Shown: piece after piece, positions 13,359 to 26,449 of the stretch | How positions within the stretch are numbered: position 1 is the first letter of the stretch | How the letters are laid out: each line of letters opens with the position of its first letter | Made by a program: the position numbers and the translations under genes | NCBI RefSeq assembly: GCF_963921235.1 | Contig: NC_086108.1 | Location: 101,248,001 to 101,312,000, forward strand | Reading direction: 5' to 3' | DNA from: Mobula hypostoma | Taxonomy: Eukaryota | DNA: 64,000 nt | The notes under the pieces: generated by a model | Seen by the model: only the letters and a program-made list of their open reading frames with translations | What the model was told of the DNA's origin: nothing | Databases searched by the model: none

Positions 13359-13489
13359 GCTAACCAGCCATGAATAATACAGAGACTCAAAGCAATTAGA
13401 TTCTTTGGACAGTGTGGCCATCTTTATTATGCTGAGGACACATCTCTAGACATTCCAAACAGCTACATATTGTACGTGAATTTACCCAC

Positions 13490-13612
13490 AAACAAGAGAA
13501 AATATACAGATGCTGGAAATCTGAGCAACACACACAAAATGCTGGAGGAACTGAGCAGGCCAGGCAGCATCTATGGTAAAGAGTACAGTCGACGATTTGG
13601 GCCGAGATCCTT
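13490..13612 (-). mobile_element. Penelope-terminus-derived short element, truncated hammerhead
   Basis: cagatgctggaaatc...aaatgctggaggaactgagcaggccaggcagcatc...cagtcgacgatttgggccgaga. Confidence 0.7.
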
Positions 13613-14770
13613 TCTTACCCCACCCTGAATTTACCCAACCTGATCCCTCAGCTGGAAGCTGGGAATGCTTGGATAAAATGGATAGCTTTCTGTGTTCGCT
13701 TGTCAGACCTTCGGTGTATAATGGTGCAGAGATCACCAGGTGCTGTCAGTAGGTTAAAGTGTCGGTTGTGGTGAACAGCAAGAGCAAGTGAGGTCGGTGA
13801 GCAGCAATGGGCTAAGGTAAGGTAGGATTTTACCTTTTTCCTCAACTCCGCTGGTCCACTGCAAGGGCAGTGGTTGCAGTGAGTGGAGTGGCAGCTCCTG
13901 AGAGCAGGGAGAAGTTAGGTGTCACTGAGGACAATTTCTCAGACCATATGGATGGTTGGAGCAGCAGTTGGATCAGTGAGCAGAGTACAGGAGGCAAAGA
14001 CAGCATTTCCAGGAGGTGGTCAGACCAAAAGTTGAGCTAGATATTCATTTTCTAGGGACCAAAGGACCTACTGTTAACCTTTGTTTCTAGGACAGAAGCC
14101 TGACCTTGCCAAGGGAGACTTGTGTTAACTAAGTTAAACTTCAGACCAATATTCCTTGTTCACCCTCACATCATAAACAAAAGAACGAGGTTTGCATTGG
14201 AGCACGGTTTAACCCAAAGAAACAATGTGATGCTCCTAGTGTTCACTTAGTGTACATACAGTCTATGTATATAAGCTAATCACGTGTATATGCAGAAAAT
14301 ATTCAACAGTCTGTTTTAAAAATTATTTTTATGTTTAAATTTATTATGTTTTTATGCTGCATCAAATCCAGAGTAACAGTCATTTTATTCTCCTTTATGC
14401 ACGTTTACTGAAGAATGATAATAAACAACCTTGAATTGAACTGCATTGGACAATTTATGAAAATCAGAAGAAGCTGATTCTGTTTTAGTTGTAGACAGCA
14501 GTAGGAACATTGAAAACAGCACTGAATGAATATCCCACACTCTGGGGATGTTGAGCCCCACATTACCAAACAGGTAAATGTGCCGGTCACTTGCTCATCC
14601 AGTAATGTGGAGCTGAATTGCAACAACAGCCTGATTCCAGCAGAATGGCCGCAGCTTCATGGTTTACATCTAAAGGCATTAAGATTCAGTTGTATCCAGC
14701 ACTGTCTGGCCCATTAAACGGGGCTGAGATTAATCTTACATCACACTTTGTGCTTTATGTTGGTGAACAG

Positions 14771-14995
14771 GAGAATCGCATTGTCAGGCTTCGACAAGCT
14801 GTTGAGATATTCTTGCTGCAGGTCATTGAAAAAGGATCACAAGTTGGAATTGTCACTTTTAACCATGATGCCAACACTAAAGCACAGTTAGAAAAGATTG
14901 TTAATCCTGATGTGAGGAAGCATCTTGTACAGCTGCTACCAACATCAACTGGAGGGGGAACGAGTATCTGTGCGGGGGTTCGATCTGGCTTTCAG
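14771..14995 (+). CDS. CLCA: CLCA-family exon B (VWA)
   Basis: aacag|GAG acceptor, CAG|gtagg donor, 225 nt, phase 0-0. Encodes ENRIVRLRQAVEIFLLQVIEKGSQVGIVTF...GGGTSICAGVRSGFQ. Confidence 0.95.
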
Positions 14996-15076
14996 GTAGG
15001 TCTGGAAAACTTCATTAACACATTCCTTTCAGGGATTACATTTTACCCAACTTGTTGACAACTCATTGTCTTTCAG

Positions 15077-15254
15077 GTACTTCGTGGCGATGATGGAGAT
15101 ACAAGTGGTGATGAAATTATTTTGCTTACGGACGGAGAGGACAACAGTATTAGCAGTTGTTTCACAGAGGTGGAACTGAGTAGAGCCACGATCCACACAA
15201 TTGCTCTAGGGCCAAAGGCAGACAAGGATCTAGAGAAGCTCTCAGCAAAGACAG
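15077..15254 (+). CDS. CLCA: CLCA-family exon C (VWA, LLTDGED)
   Basis: tttcag|GTA acceptor, G|gtaatc donor, 178 nt, phase 0-1. Encodes VLRGDDGDTSGDEIILLTDGEDNSISSCFTEVELSRATIHTIALGPKADKDLEKLSAKT. Not in the ORF track. Confidence 0.95.
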
Positions 15255-15454
15255 GTAATCAGCACCAAATAGCCAGATAGTTAGCAACTGGATGAACAGT
15301 GTGAGAACATTTTTGGAGGTGGGGCAGAGTTCACCAGGATATTTCCTGGGGTGGAGATCTTCACCAATGAGGAGGGATGACACAATTGTAGTAATACATT
15401 TGATTTATAGACTCTGTTCCTTCTGTATTAAAGGCGAATGACTCATTTTAAGGG

Positions 15455-15810
15455 TAAGATTTATTTCTCCCATGTCATCAAAACATCGAAACATGTGAGT
15501 AAATGCATTATTTGTGTCAATTTCCAACACAGTCTGAGTGGTGACAAGGCTGGCTGAATATTGTGGGCCAAAGGGCATGAACTGTTGTGTGTTCTATGTT
15601 CTGGCAGCAGCCTGCAGGAATTGTCAAACCATAGCAAACCACAACTTATTAATCCGAACTTGTACGTCTTTGGAAAATGGGAGAAAACCGGAACACCTGG
15701 AGGAAGCCCACGTAGACACAAGAAGGAAGTTCAAACCTTTTACAGACTGTGGTGATAATTGAACTCCAATCTTACAGCTGGCACTGTACTGGGTTGCCTT
15801 TCTAATGACC
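15455..15810 (-). mobile_element. V-SINE/HE1-like SINE
   Basis: gaaaaccggaacacctggaggaagcccac is the reverse complement of the V-domain core gtgggtttcctccgggtgctccggtttcc. Confidence 0.65.
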
Positions 15811-16139
15811 TGCTGCACTTGCCTGCTAACTTTTGGTGATTCCTACACAAGACCACAGAAATCCCAATGTCCTTTCATCAAAGTTATGAACCTAATCAAA
15901 GTAACATGTCCACCAACTGATCCTTGGCAGACTGTCTAGTTATGTCTCTGCAGCTTAAGAGACCCCTTTATTCCAACCTTTTGTCTTCTATGCAATAACG
16001 AATCTTCATCCATGGTAGCACACTTCCCCGAAAAGTCTTGTTAAATCCACACGTGTATAGAAGAGAATGATAGACATTGTCACCATCAGTGTTGAAATAA
16101 AGCTTAATCCATTTAGTAGATTTTTTGAACTTCTTGTAC

Positions 16140-17610
16140 ATGAAGGTGACTAGTATTCTGGTGGGCAGGTTTGCTCAAACTGTTGTGGTGGGTTTAAAGT
16201 CATTTTACAGTGAGTTGAGTTGGCATAGTGATAGATCAGAGGATGAAGCAATTGGTATAAAGGTAAATGCAGTGTGTAGAGAGATTGTGAGGCAGTGGAT
16301 AGAGCATAATTGCAGTTTGTCGGATTGGTTGAAATGTGTCTATTTTAATGCAAGGAGTTGAGGACAAGGGTGATGAACTTAGAGCACGGGTCAGTACATG
16401 GAACTACGACATTGTGGCCATTACAGAAACTTGGCTGTCACAAAGCCTGGAATAGCTAATGGATGTTCTGGGGTTTAAATCTTTCAGACGGACAGGGAGG
16501 GAGGTAAAAAGAAGGCATTGCTAATTAGTGATAGTATCACAGTGGCAGAAAGCAATGTCGTTGTGGAAAGATAATCTACTGAGTCAGTGTGGGTGCAAAT
16601 CAGAAACAAAAATGGAGCAATCACACTGTTGGGAGTATTCTACAGACCCCCCAATAACAGCAGACACCGAGGAACAGACTGGCAGGCAGATTTTGGAAAC
16701 GTGCAAAGATAACAGGGCTGTCGTCCATGGGTGTCTTCAACTTCCCCACTGTTGATTGGCTCCTCTGAAGTGTAAAAAGTTTTGATGAGGCAGAATTTGT
16801 TAGGTGTGTCCAGGAGAGATTGCTAACACAATATGTGGACAAGCTGACTAGAGGATAGACCATACTGCACCTGGTACGAGGTACTGAACCTGATCAGGTG
16901 ACATTGCTTTCTGCCACTGTGATACTATCACTAATTAGCATTTCGGAGGAGCGACAACAAACTTCTGATGTTACATAACCTTGGATAGGATGGGAGTATG
17001 GGAATGTACTTACTTGGGGAAGGGAAATTTTGATCCTAATAGGCAGGAACTTGGGAGCATAAAATAGGAAAGGATTTACTCAGGGAAATGCACAACAGAA
17101 ATGCGGAGTTTGTTTTTTTAATTTATTTATTGAGATATAGTGAAGAATAGGCCCTTACTGCCCTATGAGCTGCGCCACCCACCAATCCCCCTATTTAATC
17201 CTAGCCTAATCACAAGACAATTTACAATGACTAATTTACACACCGACTGGTACGTCTTTGGACTGTGCGAGGAAATGGGAGCACTTGGAGGAAACCCAGG
17301 CTGACACATGGAGAAGGCACAAACTCCTTGCAGACAATGGCAGGAGCACTTGCATGGGGTTCTGGATAGGTTTGTCCCATTGAGGCAGGGTAAGGATAGT
17401 AAGCTGAAGAAACTATAGTTAACAAAAGATGGTGGAATGTCTAATCAAGAGAAAGAAAGAATTTACTTAAGGTTTCGGAAGCAAGGTGCTCCAGAGTTAC
17501 AAGGCAGCCAGAAGAGAGCTTAAGAATGGACCAAGGACGGCGAGTAGGGGACATGAGAGGTTTTGGCTAGCAGGATTATGGAACATCCCAAGGTGTTCTA
17601 TACAAGAAAA
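16140..17610 (+). mobile_element. Old CR1 fragment (endonuclease region) with SINE inserted at about 17115-17345; resumes at about 18445-18500
   Basis: LKCVYFNARS; wnydivaitetwl-like DNA; V-core ggagcacttggaggaaaccca on the minus strand. Confidence 0.75.
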
Positions 17611-17744
17611 TTCTGGGAGAGAAGCACGAATATGAGCTACCTCGAAAAGTAAATCAGAATTGAGACGTGGGGCCATGATGAGCTATATTTCTTGCCAATT
17701 AAAGCATTGAGGAAAAGTGAAACTTAGAGGCAAATGCAGAGGAG

Positions 17745-18435
17745 AGTGAGTGGTTGAACGGTCGCTCTCTCCTCGGAAGGCTGCTGGGTTTGGTTCACTG
17801 TCCTCGGAAAGGCCACTGTGTTCGAGTCACCATCCTTGGAAAGGCCACTGTGTTCGAGCCGCTCTCCTCGGTGTTCTCAGAGATGTTATCAAACTTGTGA
17901 GATTTGTGGATTGAACTGTCGTTCAATCTGACCATAGGTCATATTGGTGTCTTTTTGTTCGATGTGTTTTTTTCCGTGAATTTCGCCCATATTCTTTCTT
18001 GTTGCCGATTTGCGGGCTAGGGGTTTGGGGTTTGGTGTTCTCGTTGCTGTTTCTCTGTGTCGGTGACACGTTTGTTTTTGTGTGCGGTGGGGGGGAGTGT
18101 TGTTTGGGATTTGAGGTCTGATGTCCTTGTTGCTGTTTTTATTCCAACTGGGCGACCTGCTAGTTTATTGTGTGCGAGAGAGGAGGTGGGGGTTTGATGT
18201 AATTGTCACTGTTCTTTTCCCTTGTGGGTGATATCTTAGTTTTTAAGTGACGGAGAGTTGAAGAGATTTGGAGTTTGCAGCTTTTGTTTCTTTTTCTTTT
18301 TGTGTGTGGTGGGGGGGTAGATGTGTTTTCTTTGAACAACTCCATAATTTTTCTGCATTTCATGACTACCTGGAGAAGATGATCAGAGTTGTATTCTGCA
18401 TACATACTTTGATAATAAAATGAAACTTTGAACAT
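17745..18435 (+). mobile_element. Unclassified non-autonomous retroposon-like insert
   Basis: 5' imperfect ~30-bp tandem units (ctcggaaaggccactgtgttcgag), GT-rich body, 3' end catactttgataataaaatgaaactttgaac similar to Rex1-type tails at about 25770 and 48450. Confidence 0.45.
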
Positions 18436-18546
18436 ATGTGACAAACAGGAGGATAACTAGAGTGAAGATTGGACTGATCAGGGATAAAAGAGGAAACCAT
18501 GGATAATATCTGAGTTATGGATTATTTTTCCTTTTCCATTAAGTGG

Positions 18547-18653
18547 GAAGTCAACAGTTTGCAGCCACTGATGATGTGGGCACAAATTCACTAATTGATG
18601 AACTCAGTGGACTGGAATCCGGAGATGTTGACATTAACCAATAGTCAATTGAG
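18547..18653 (+). pseudogene. Degenerate tandem duplicate of CLCA exon D (pseudo-exon)
   Basis: 107 nt, colinear with 19012-19118 including flanking intron (ttttccattaa... and gtttgatta.cttagaga.ttaatttcctatt). Acceptor ttag changed to gtgg; in-frame TAG at 18642-18644. Confidence 0.9.
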
Positions 18654-19011
18654 GTTTGATTAGCTTAGAGAATTAATTTCCTATTTTGCTTATGCTACCA
18701 AGTGCACTTGAGAGTGGAGGTTGGAGACTGCTCCAGCTGCTGCACGCTTCTGTCTGTGAGCTTGGTGGTGATTTGTCCCGCTATGTGGTGAACTGGGAGT
18801 GAGGTGATGGGCCTACTCCGGCTGTTCCAGGCTCCAGGCTGATGGACTCAGTTTGGTTCAGAATGCTGTCGCTTTTTTTCTCGCTTTCTCTGTGCATTGG
18901 ATGCTGGTCATTTTTTAAAATTAGTTTCTTTTGGGTTGTGTGGCTGCCTTATTATTCCTTGATAATAAATGTAATTTGAATTCTTTGAAATTTCCATTTT
19001 CCATTAATTAG

Positions 19012-19118
19012 GAGGTCTACAGTTTACAGCCACTGATAACGTGAACACAAATGGACTAATGGATGCATTCAGTGCCTTAGTATCAGGAGATGGTGACATT
19101 AGCCAACAGTCAATCCAG
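19012..19118 (+). CDS. CLCA: CLCA-family exon D (end of VWA)
   Basis: aattag|GA acceptor, CAG|gtttga donor, 107 nt, phase 1-0. Encodes (G)GLQFTATDNVNTNGLMDAFSALVSGDGDISQQSIQ. Confidence 0.95.
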
Positions 19119-19203
19119 GTTTGATTACCTTAGAGAGTTAATTTCCTATTATTTTTAAGTTACCATGTGCTTTGTAATAATATGTTTATTTCCTCTTTTC
19201 TAG

Positions 19204-19425
19204 CTTGAAAGTAAAGGAAGAACTGTTGATGAAAACAGTTGGTTTAATGATTCACTTGTCATCGATAAAACTGTTGGAAACAACACACATTTTGTGTTCA
19301 CTTGGAAGGAGTCCACACCACAAGTATTTGTACGTGACCCCAATGGAAAGGTATACAGCAACAATGACTTTGAGATAGAAGAGAACATGCACACCGCACG
19401 GCTCGAAATTGAAGGCACTGCCCAG
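19204..19425 (+). CDS. CLCA: CLCA-family exon E
   Basis: ttttctag|CTT acceptor, CAG|gtatt donor, 222 nt, phase 0-0. Encodes LESKGRTVDENSWFNDSLVIDKTVGNNTHFVFTW...ARLEIEGTAQ. Confidence 0.95.
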
Positions 19426-19834
19426 GTATTCTCCTATGTACCTGAAAGATTATCTCTATTTCTCTCTTCACAGATGCTGATGGCCCTGTCTAGTTTCCAC
19501 AGAGTTTTGTAGGTTTACTTTCCGTTAACGTTGCAGTCAATTGCATTATTTGGACTTGTTCATTCAGTCTGTATTGACTGTTCTACAGATCAGATTGGAA
19601 TATTGAATACAGTTCTGTTTATCACACTACACTCACTTCTCTCACTTTACACTTATGACAGTGAGGCTAATTACAGCTTCAACGCAATATTGATATTTTG
19701 CTAATGGCACCACTGTTGTTGGTTGGATCAAATGTGGAGATGAATCAAGAGATTAAAATCTGGCTGAGTGGTGCCACAGCAACCCCTCACTCAACGTTAG
19801 CTGGCAAGGAGCAGATTATTGGCTTCAGGAAGAA

Positions 19835-22800
19835 GAATCTCTCAACCTCTACCTTAAATATGCATAAAGACTTGGCTCCCGCAGCTGCCTGTGGCAAAGA
19901 ATTCCAGTTTCACCACTCTCTGGCTAAAGAAATTCATCCTCATCAATGAACAAAAAAGACGTCCCTCTATTCTGAGGCTTGGTCCTCTGGGTTTGGATCT
20001 ACCAGCACTGGAAATATCCTCTCCACATCCACTTTATCAAGGCCTTTCACTGCTCTCCAGGTTTTAATTTCGTCATCCCCCACATTATTCTGAATTCTAG
20101 TGAATACTGGCTCAGAGCCATCAAATACTTTTCATATGACAAGCCATTCCATCCTGGAATCATTTTCGGGAACACCCTTTGAACGCTCTGCAATTTTAGC
20201 ACATCATTTCTAAAATAAGGAGCCCAAACCTGCTCACAATACTCCAAGTGAGGCCTCACCATTGCTTTACAAATCCTCAACATTACATCCTTGCTTTTAT
20301 ATTCTGGTCCTCTTGAAATGAATGCTGACATTACATTTGCCTTTCTCACCAACGTGCAAATTAACTTTTAGGGGAGGAGTCCCAAGTCCCTTTGCACCTC
20401 AGTTTTTTGTATTTTTTCTCCACTTAGAAAATAGTCAACCCTTCTATTTCTTCTACCAAAGTGCATGCCAATACACTTACCGACACTGTATTCCATCTGC
20501 CACTTCTTTGCCCATTCTCCTAATCTAAGTCCTTCTGTAGCCCCTCTACTTCCATTGAACTACCTACCATTCCACCTACCTTCATATAGTCTACAAACTT
20601 TGCAACCTGGCTATCAATTCCATCATCGAAATCATTGACAGATAACATAAAAAGAATTGTTCCCAACACAGACCCCTATGGAACACCAATAGTCACCAAC
20701 AGCCAGCAAGAAAGGCTCCCTTTATACCCACCCTTTGCCTCCTGCCTATAAGCCACTGCTTTATCCATGCTAGAATCTTTCCTGTAATACCATAGACTTG
20801 TAGCTTGTTAAGCAGCCTCATAGGTGGCAATGTCAACGATCCTCTGAAAATCCAGGTACACAAAACCAACCAATTCTCCTTCATCTATCCTGCTTCTTAC
20901 TTCTTCAAGGAATTCCAACAGATTTGTCAGGCAAGATTTTCCCTTGAGGAAACCATGCTGGCTATGGCCGATTTTATCATGTGCCTCCAAGTACCCTGAG
21001 ACCTCATCCTTAATAATCGACTCCCACATCTTCCCAACCACTGAGATCAGAGTACCGACCTATAGTTTAATTTCTTCTAACTCTTCCCTTCTTGAAGAGT
21101 GGAGTAACATTTGTAATCTTCCAGTCTCTAGAACCATTCCAGAACTTTGTGATTCTTAAAAGATCATTACCAATGCCTACACGATGTCTTCAGCCACCAC
21201 TTTCAGAACTCTGGGGTGTACACCATCTGGTCTAGGTGATTTATCTACCTTCAGACCTTTCAATTTCCCAAGGACCTTCTCTCTAGTAATGGTACCTTCA
21301 CTCATTTCATGACTTCTGACACCTGGAACTTCCACCATACTGCTTGTGGCTTCCACAGTGAAGTTGTGTCATCTTGCTTTTCGAATACTTCTTCTTTTGG
21401 AAAAATATATCCTGAACCTTCCGAATTGGTTCCTGAAATTCCAGCCATTGCTGCTTTGCCATCATCCCTGCCAGTGTTCTTTTCCAATCAATTCTGGCCA
21501 ACTCTTCTCTTCTGCCTCTGTAATTCCCTTTACTGCACTGTAATACAAATATATCCGAATTTAGCTTCTACTTCTCAAATTTCAGGGTGAATTTGGTCAT
21601 AATATGATCACTTGGCCTGAGGGTTCTTTTACCTTAAGCTCTCTAATTATTTCCAATTCATTGCACAAGACTCAATCCAGAGCAGCTGATCCCCTATTGG
21701 GCTCATGCACATGCTGCTCTAACAAGTCATCTTGCAGCATTCTAGCAATCCCTCCTCTTCGGAATCCATCACCAACAGCATTTTCCCAATCTACCTGCAT
21801 ATTGAATTTCCCCATGACTATTGTAACATTACCCTTTTAGCATGCATTTTCTATCTCCCGCTGTAATTTGTAGACCACATTCTTATCTTTTTGGGGGTTT
21901 GTATAAACTCCCATCAGATCCTTTTACCCTTGCATTCTTTAGCTCTATCCACAATAATTTACCAACTTCCAACTCTATGTCAGCTCTTTCTAATGATTTG
22001 ATTTCATTTTTAACCAACAGAGCAATGATGTCCCCTCTGCCTTTCTCGTGTATCTTTGGACATTAAGCTTCCAATTATAATCTTCTTCCAGCCATGATTC
22101 AGTGATGCCTTCAACATCATACCTACCAATCTGTAACTGTGGTACAAGTTGATCTACATTATTCCATTTACTGCGCAAATTCAAACATAACACCTTCAGT
22201 CCTGTATTCACCTTTTTCCATTTTGTCCACCATTTACATTGCAACGTATCCTTTTGACTGCAATTCTTCCATATCAATAGCCTCTCCTCAGTACACATTG
22301 CCTCTGTTTGTAAACCAGCTACGTCATCTTCAGCATTATCACTCTTGTTCCCACCCCTCTGCCAAGTTAGTTTAAACCCTCCCAAACAATTCCAACCAAC
22401 CTGCCCGAAAGGATATTGGACCCCCTCTGGTTCAGGTGTAACCCATCCCTTTTGTACAGGTCGTAGAGGAGAGATCCCAATGATTCATAAATCCGAACTC
22501 CTGTTCCTTGCACCATTCATCTGCCATGCATTCACCTGCCAAATTGTCATATTCCCATCTTTACGGGCAGCAATCCAGAGATTACTATCCTGGAGGACCC
22601 GTTTCTTAGCTTTCTGCCTAGTTTCATAAAATCTCTCTTCAGGCCCTCTTCACCTTGCCTACCCATGTCATTTGGTACCAATATGTACCAGGACTTCTGG
22701 TTGCTCATCACTGTCCTTGAGAATGCCATGTACACAATCCAAGGCATCTCTGATCCAGGCACTGATAAGGCAACATTCTATCCGGCTGTCTCTATCGCGC

Positions 22801-23185
22801 ACACAGTACCACATCTCTGTTTCTCTGACTAGGGAATCTCTTATCAAAACCACAGTCCTCTTCACCTCTCTGCTCTTCTGAGCCACAGCACCAGACTCAG
22901 TGCCGGAGACTCAGTCACAATGGTACCCCTGGTAGGTCATCCAACTCAATAGTACTTAAAGTCACCTGCCTCCTGCAGTCTAGGGTCGAATACCTCCCGG
23001 TACGGTTTATCTGTCACCTCCTCATTCTCCTGTATGAATTGAAGGTCACAGAGCTGCAGCTGCATTGCCTTAATAGTTCCTCTCAGGAGCTGCTGCTCAA
23101 TCCACCTTGTGTAGATGTGTTTAGCCGGGAGACTGGAGGTCTTCCTGACTTCCCACATCACATACACAATACAAAACAACATTAT
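19835..23185 (-). mobile_element. Decayed near-full-length CR1 (ORF1 esterase and ORF2)
   Basis: VVLIRDSLVRE...CCLISAWIRD...VLVHIGT (SGNH-like ORF1), APE and RT remnants. Confidence 0.85.
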
Positions 23186-23189
23186 CTAC

Positions 23190-24840
23190 GGAGAAGGATC
23201 TTGGCGATTGTAGGGATGACTTACAGCGGACTGAAAAACTTGAGCATGTACATATTAAGAAAGAGGATGTGCTGGAGCTTTTCAAAAGCATCAAGTTGGA
23301 CAAGTCACCGGGACTGGATGAGGTGTACCCCATGCTACTGTGCGATGTGAGGGAGGAGGTTGCTGAGCATTTGGTGATGATCTTTGCATCACCAATGGGG
23401 ATGGGAGAGGTTCCGGAGGATTAGAGGGTTGCGAAAGTTGTTCCCTTATTCAAGAAAGGGAGTAGAGATAGCCCAGGAAATTATAGACCAGTGAGCCTTA
23501 TTTCAGTGGTTGGTAAGTTGATGGAGAAGATCCTGAGAGGCAGGATTTATGAACATTTGGAGAGGCATAATAGTCAGCATGGTTTTGTGAAAGGCAGGTC
23601 GTGCCTTACGAGCCTGATTGAATTTTTTGAGGATGTGACTAAACACATTGATGAAGGTAGAGCAGTAGATGTAGTGTATATGGATTTCAGCACAGCATTT
23701 GATAAGGTATCCCATGTAAGGCTTATTGAGAAAGTAAGGAGGCATGGGATCCAAGGGGACATTGCTTTGTGGATCCAGAACTGGCTTGCCCACAGAAGGC
23801 AAAGAGTGGTTATAGACAGGTCATATTCTGCATGGAGGTTGGTGACCAGTTGTGTGCCTCAGGGATCTGTTCTGGGACTCTTACTCTTCGTGATTTTTAT
23901 AAATGTCCTGGTTGAGGAAGTGGAGGGATGGGTTAGTAAATTTGCTGATGTCTCAAAAGTTGTGGGTGTTGTGGATAGTGTGAAGGGCTGTCAGAGGTTA
24001 CAGCGGGACATTGATAGGATGCAAAACTGGGCTGAGAAGTGGCAGATGGAGTTCAATCCAGATAAGTGTGAGGTGGTTCATTTTGGTAGGTCAAATACAA
24101 TGGTGGAATATAATATTAATGGTAAGACTCTTGGCAATGTGGAGGATCAGAGGGATCGTGGGGTTCAAGTCCATAGGACACTCAAAGCTGCTCTGCAGGT
24201 TGACTCTGTGGTTATGAAGGTATACGGTGTATTGGCCTTCATCTAGGAGTTTAGGAACCACGAGGTAATATTACAGCTAGATAGGACCCTAGTCAGACCC
24301 CACTTGGAGTACTGTGCTGAGTTCTGGTCACCTCACTACAGGACGAATGTGGAAACCATAGAAAGGGTGCAGAGGAGATTTACAAGCATGTTGCCTGGAT
24401 TGGGGAGCATGCCTTCTGACAATAGGTTGAGTGAAATCAGCCTTTTCTCCTTGGAGCGATGGAGGATAAGAGGTGACCTGATAGAGGTGTATAAGATGAT
24501 GAGAGGCATTGATCATGTGGATAGTCAGAGGCTTTTTTCCAGGGCTGAAATGGCTAACATGAGAGTGCACAGCTTTAAGGTGCTTGGAACTAGGTACAGA
24601 GGAGATGTCAGCGGTAAGTTTTTTACACAAAGAGTAGTGAGTGCATGGAATGGGCTGCCAGCAACGGTGGTGGAGGCAGATATGATAGGGTTTTTTAAGA
24701 GACTCCTGAATAGGTACATGGTGCTGAGAAAAATAGAGGGCTATGGGTAACCCTAGGTAATTTCTAAGATAAGGACATGTTTGGCTCAGCATTGTGGGCC
24801 TAATAGCCTGTATTCTGCTGTAGGTTTTCTTTGTTTCTAA
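23190..24840 (+). mobile_element. CR1 LINE, 5'-truncated
   Basis: RT motifs in 23491-24246 and 24304-24750; CR1-type 3' UTR. Confidence 0.95.
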
Positions 24841-24884
24841 AACACTTCCCATGTTTTAGCTACTACTCTCACTAAACGAGCATT

Positions 24885-25800
24885 TAGGAGGGATATTAAA
24901 AATCTGGCTGAGTGGTGCCACAACAACAACCTTTCAATCAATGTCAGGTAGTAAGGAGCTGATTATTGACATCAGCAGGAGGAAACTAAATGTTCATCAG
25001 TCAGTCCTCCTTTGGAAATTATAGTGGAGAGGGCCAGCAATGTTAAAACTCGGTGTTATCATTTCAGAGGGTTTATCCTGGCACCAGCACATAGATACAA
25101 TTACAAATAAAGAACGACTTCCTTAGGAGTTTGTGAAGATTCAGCATGACATCTAAAACTTTGCAAGATTTCAATAGATTATTTGAGAGTTTATTTAACT
25201 GGTTGCATCACGGCCTGGTTTGGAAACACCAATGCCCTTAAACAGAAAATCCTATAAAAACTAGTGGATACGGACCAGTCCATCATGGGTAAAACCCTTC
25301 CCACCTTTGAGCACATTTACACTGAGCGCTGTCACAAGAAAGTAGAATCCATCATTGAGGACTGCCCCCTCCCCACCCTTGCCCCACTCTCTTCTCGTTG
25401 TTGCTATCAGGAGGAAGGTACAAGAGACTAAGGCTCCACAGCACCAGGTTCAGGAACAATTATTACCACTTAACCATCAGACTCTTGAACTAGATGGGAT
25501 AACTTCACTTGTCCCATCACTGAACTGTTTCCACAACCTATAGACTCACTTTCAAGGACTCTTCATATCATGTTCTCAATATTTGTGGCTTCTGTATTTA
25601 TTATTATTATAATTATTTCTGTTTTGTATTTGCAGTTTGTTGTCTATTGCCCATTGGTTGTTTGTCTGTCCTGTTAGTTGTGATGATTCTTTGATTCTTT
25701 TGTGTTTCTTGAATTTACTGTGTATATCCGAAAATGAATCTGGAGGTTGTACTAGGGTGGCTTATGTGTACTTTGATGAGAAATTAACTTTGAACTATAA
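24885..25800 (+). mobile_element. Rex1/Babar-type 3' fragment
   Basis: gagtggtgccacaacaacaacc, ggttgcatcacggcctgg, caccaggttcaggaacaattattacc; similar to 47590-48400. Confidence 0.75.
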
Positions 25801-26449
25801 TCAGGAAGACTATAGAAACAATAGGCAGGTTGCAGGAGAGATTTCACCAGGATGCTGCTTGGAATGGAGGGCTTTCTTCACAAAATGAGATTGGATAGGC
25901 TCTGTTTGTTCTCACTGAAGCACAGAAGGTCATGGAGTGACCTGATAGACATTCATAATGTAGTCAGAATGTTGTTTATTCCCCGCAGCAGTATGGTCAA
26001 CAAATAGAGTGCTTAGGTTAAAATGAACTGAGATGAGAAATTTACAGTGTAGGTTCGTGTACAATCATGCGCTTCATTAGAAGTAATACAGGCATAGACA
26101 ATTTTCCAAGTGGGAGAAAATTCAGAAATCACTGGGGCAAATGAACTTGCAAAATTCCCTGAAGGTTACCCTGCATGTTGAGTCAGTGGTGAGGAAATCA
26201 AACACAATGTTAACACTCATTTCAAGAGTACTAGAATATAAAAGCGAGGATGTAATGCTGAGAATTTTTAAGGCGTTGGTCAGACCACATTGTGAGTGGT
26301 TTTGGGCCACTAATTTAAGAAAGAATGTGCTGGCATTGCAGAAGGTCCAGAGGAAGTTTACAACAATGATCCTGGGAATGAAAGGGTTAGTACATGGCTC
26401 TGGGTCTGTACTCACTGGATGTTAGAAGAACGAGGAGGGATCCAATTAA

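Noticed and set aside
17760..17880. CRISPR-like repeat array
   Set aside because: Contiguous imperfect tandem units without unique spacers, in vertebrate DNA with no cas genes.
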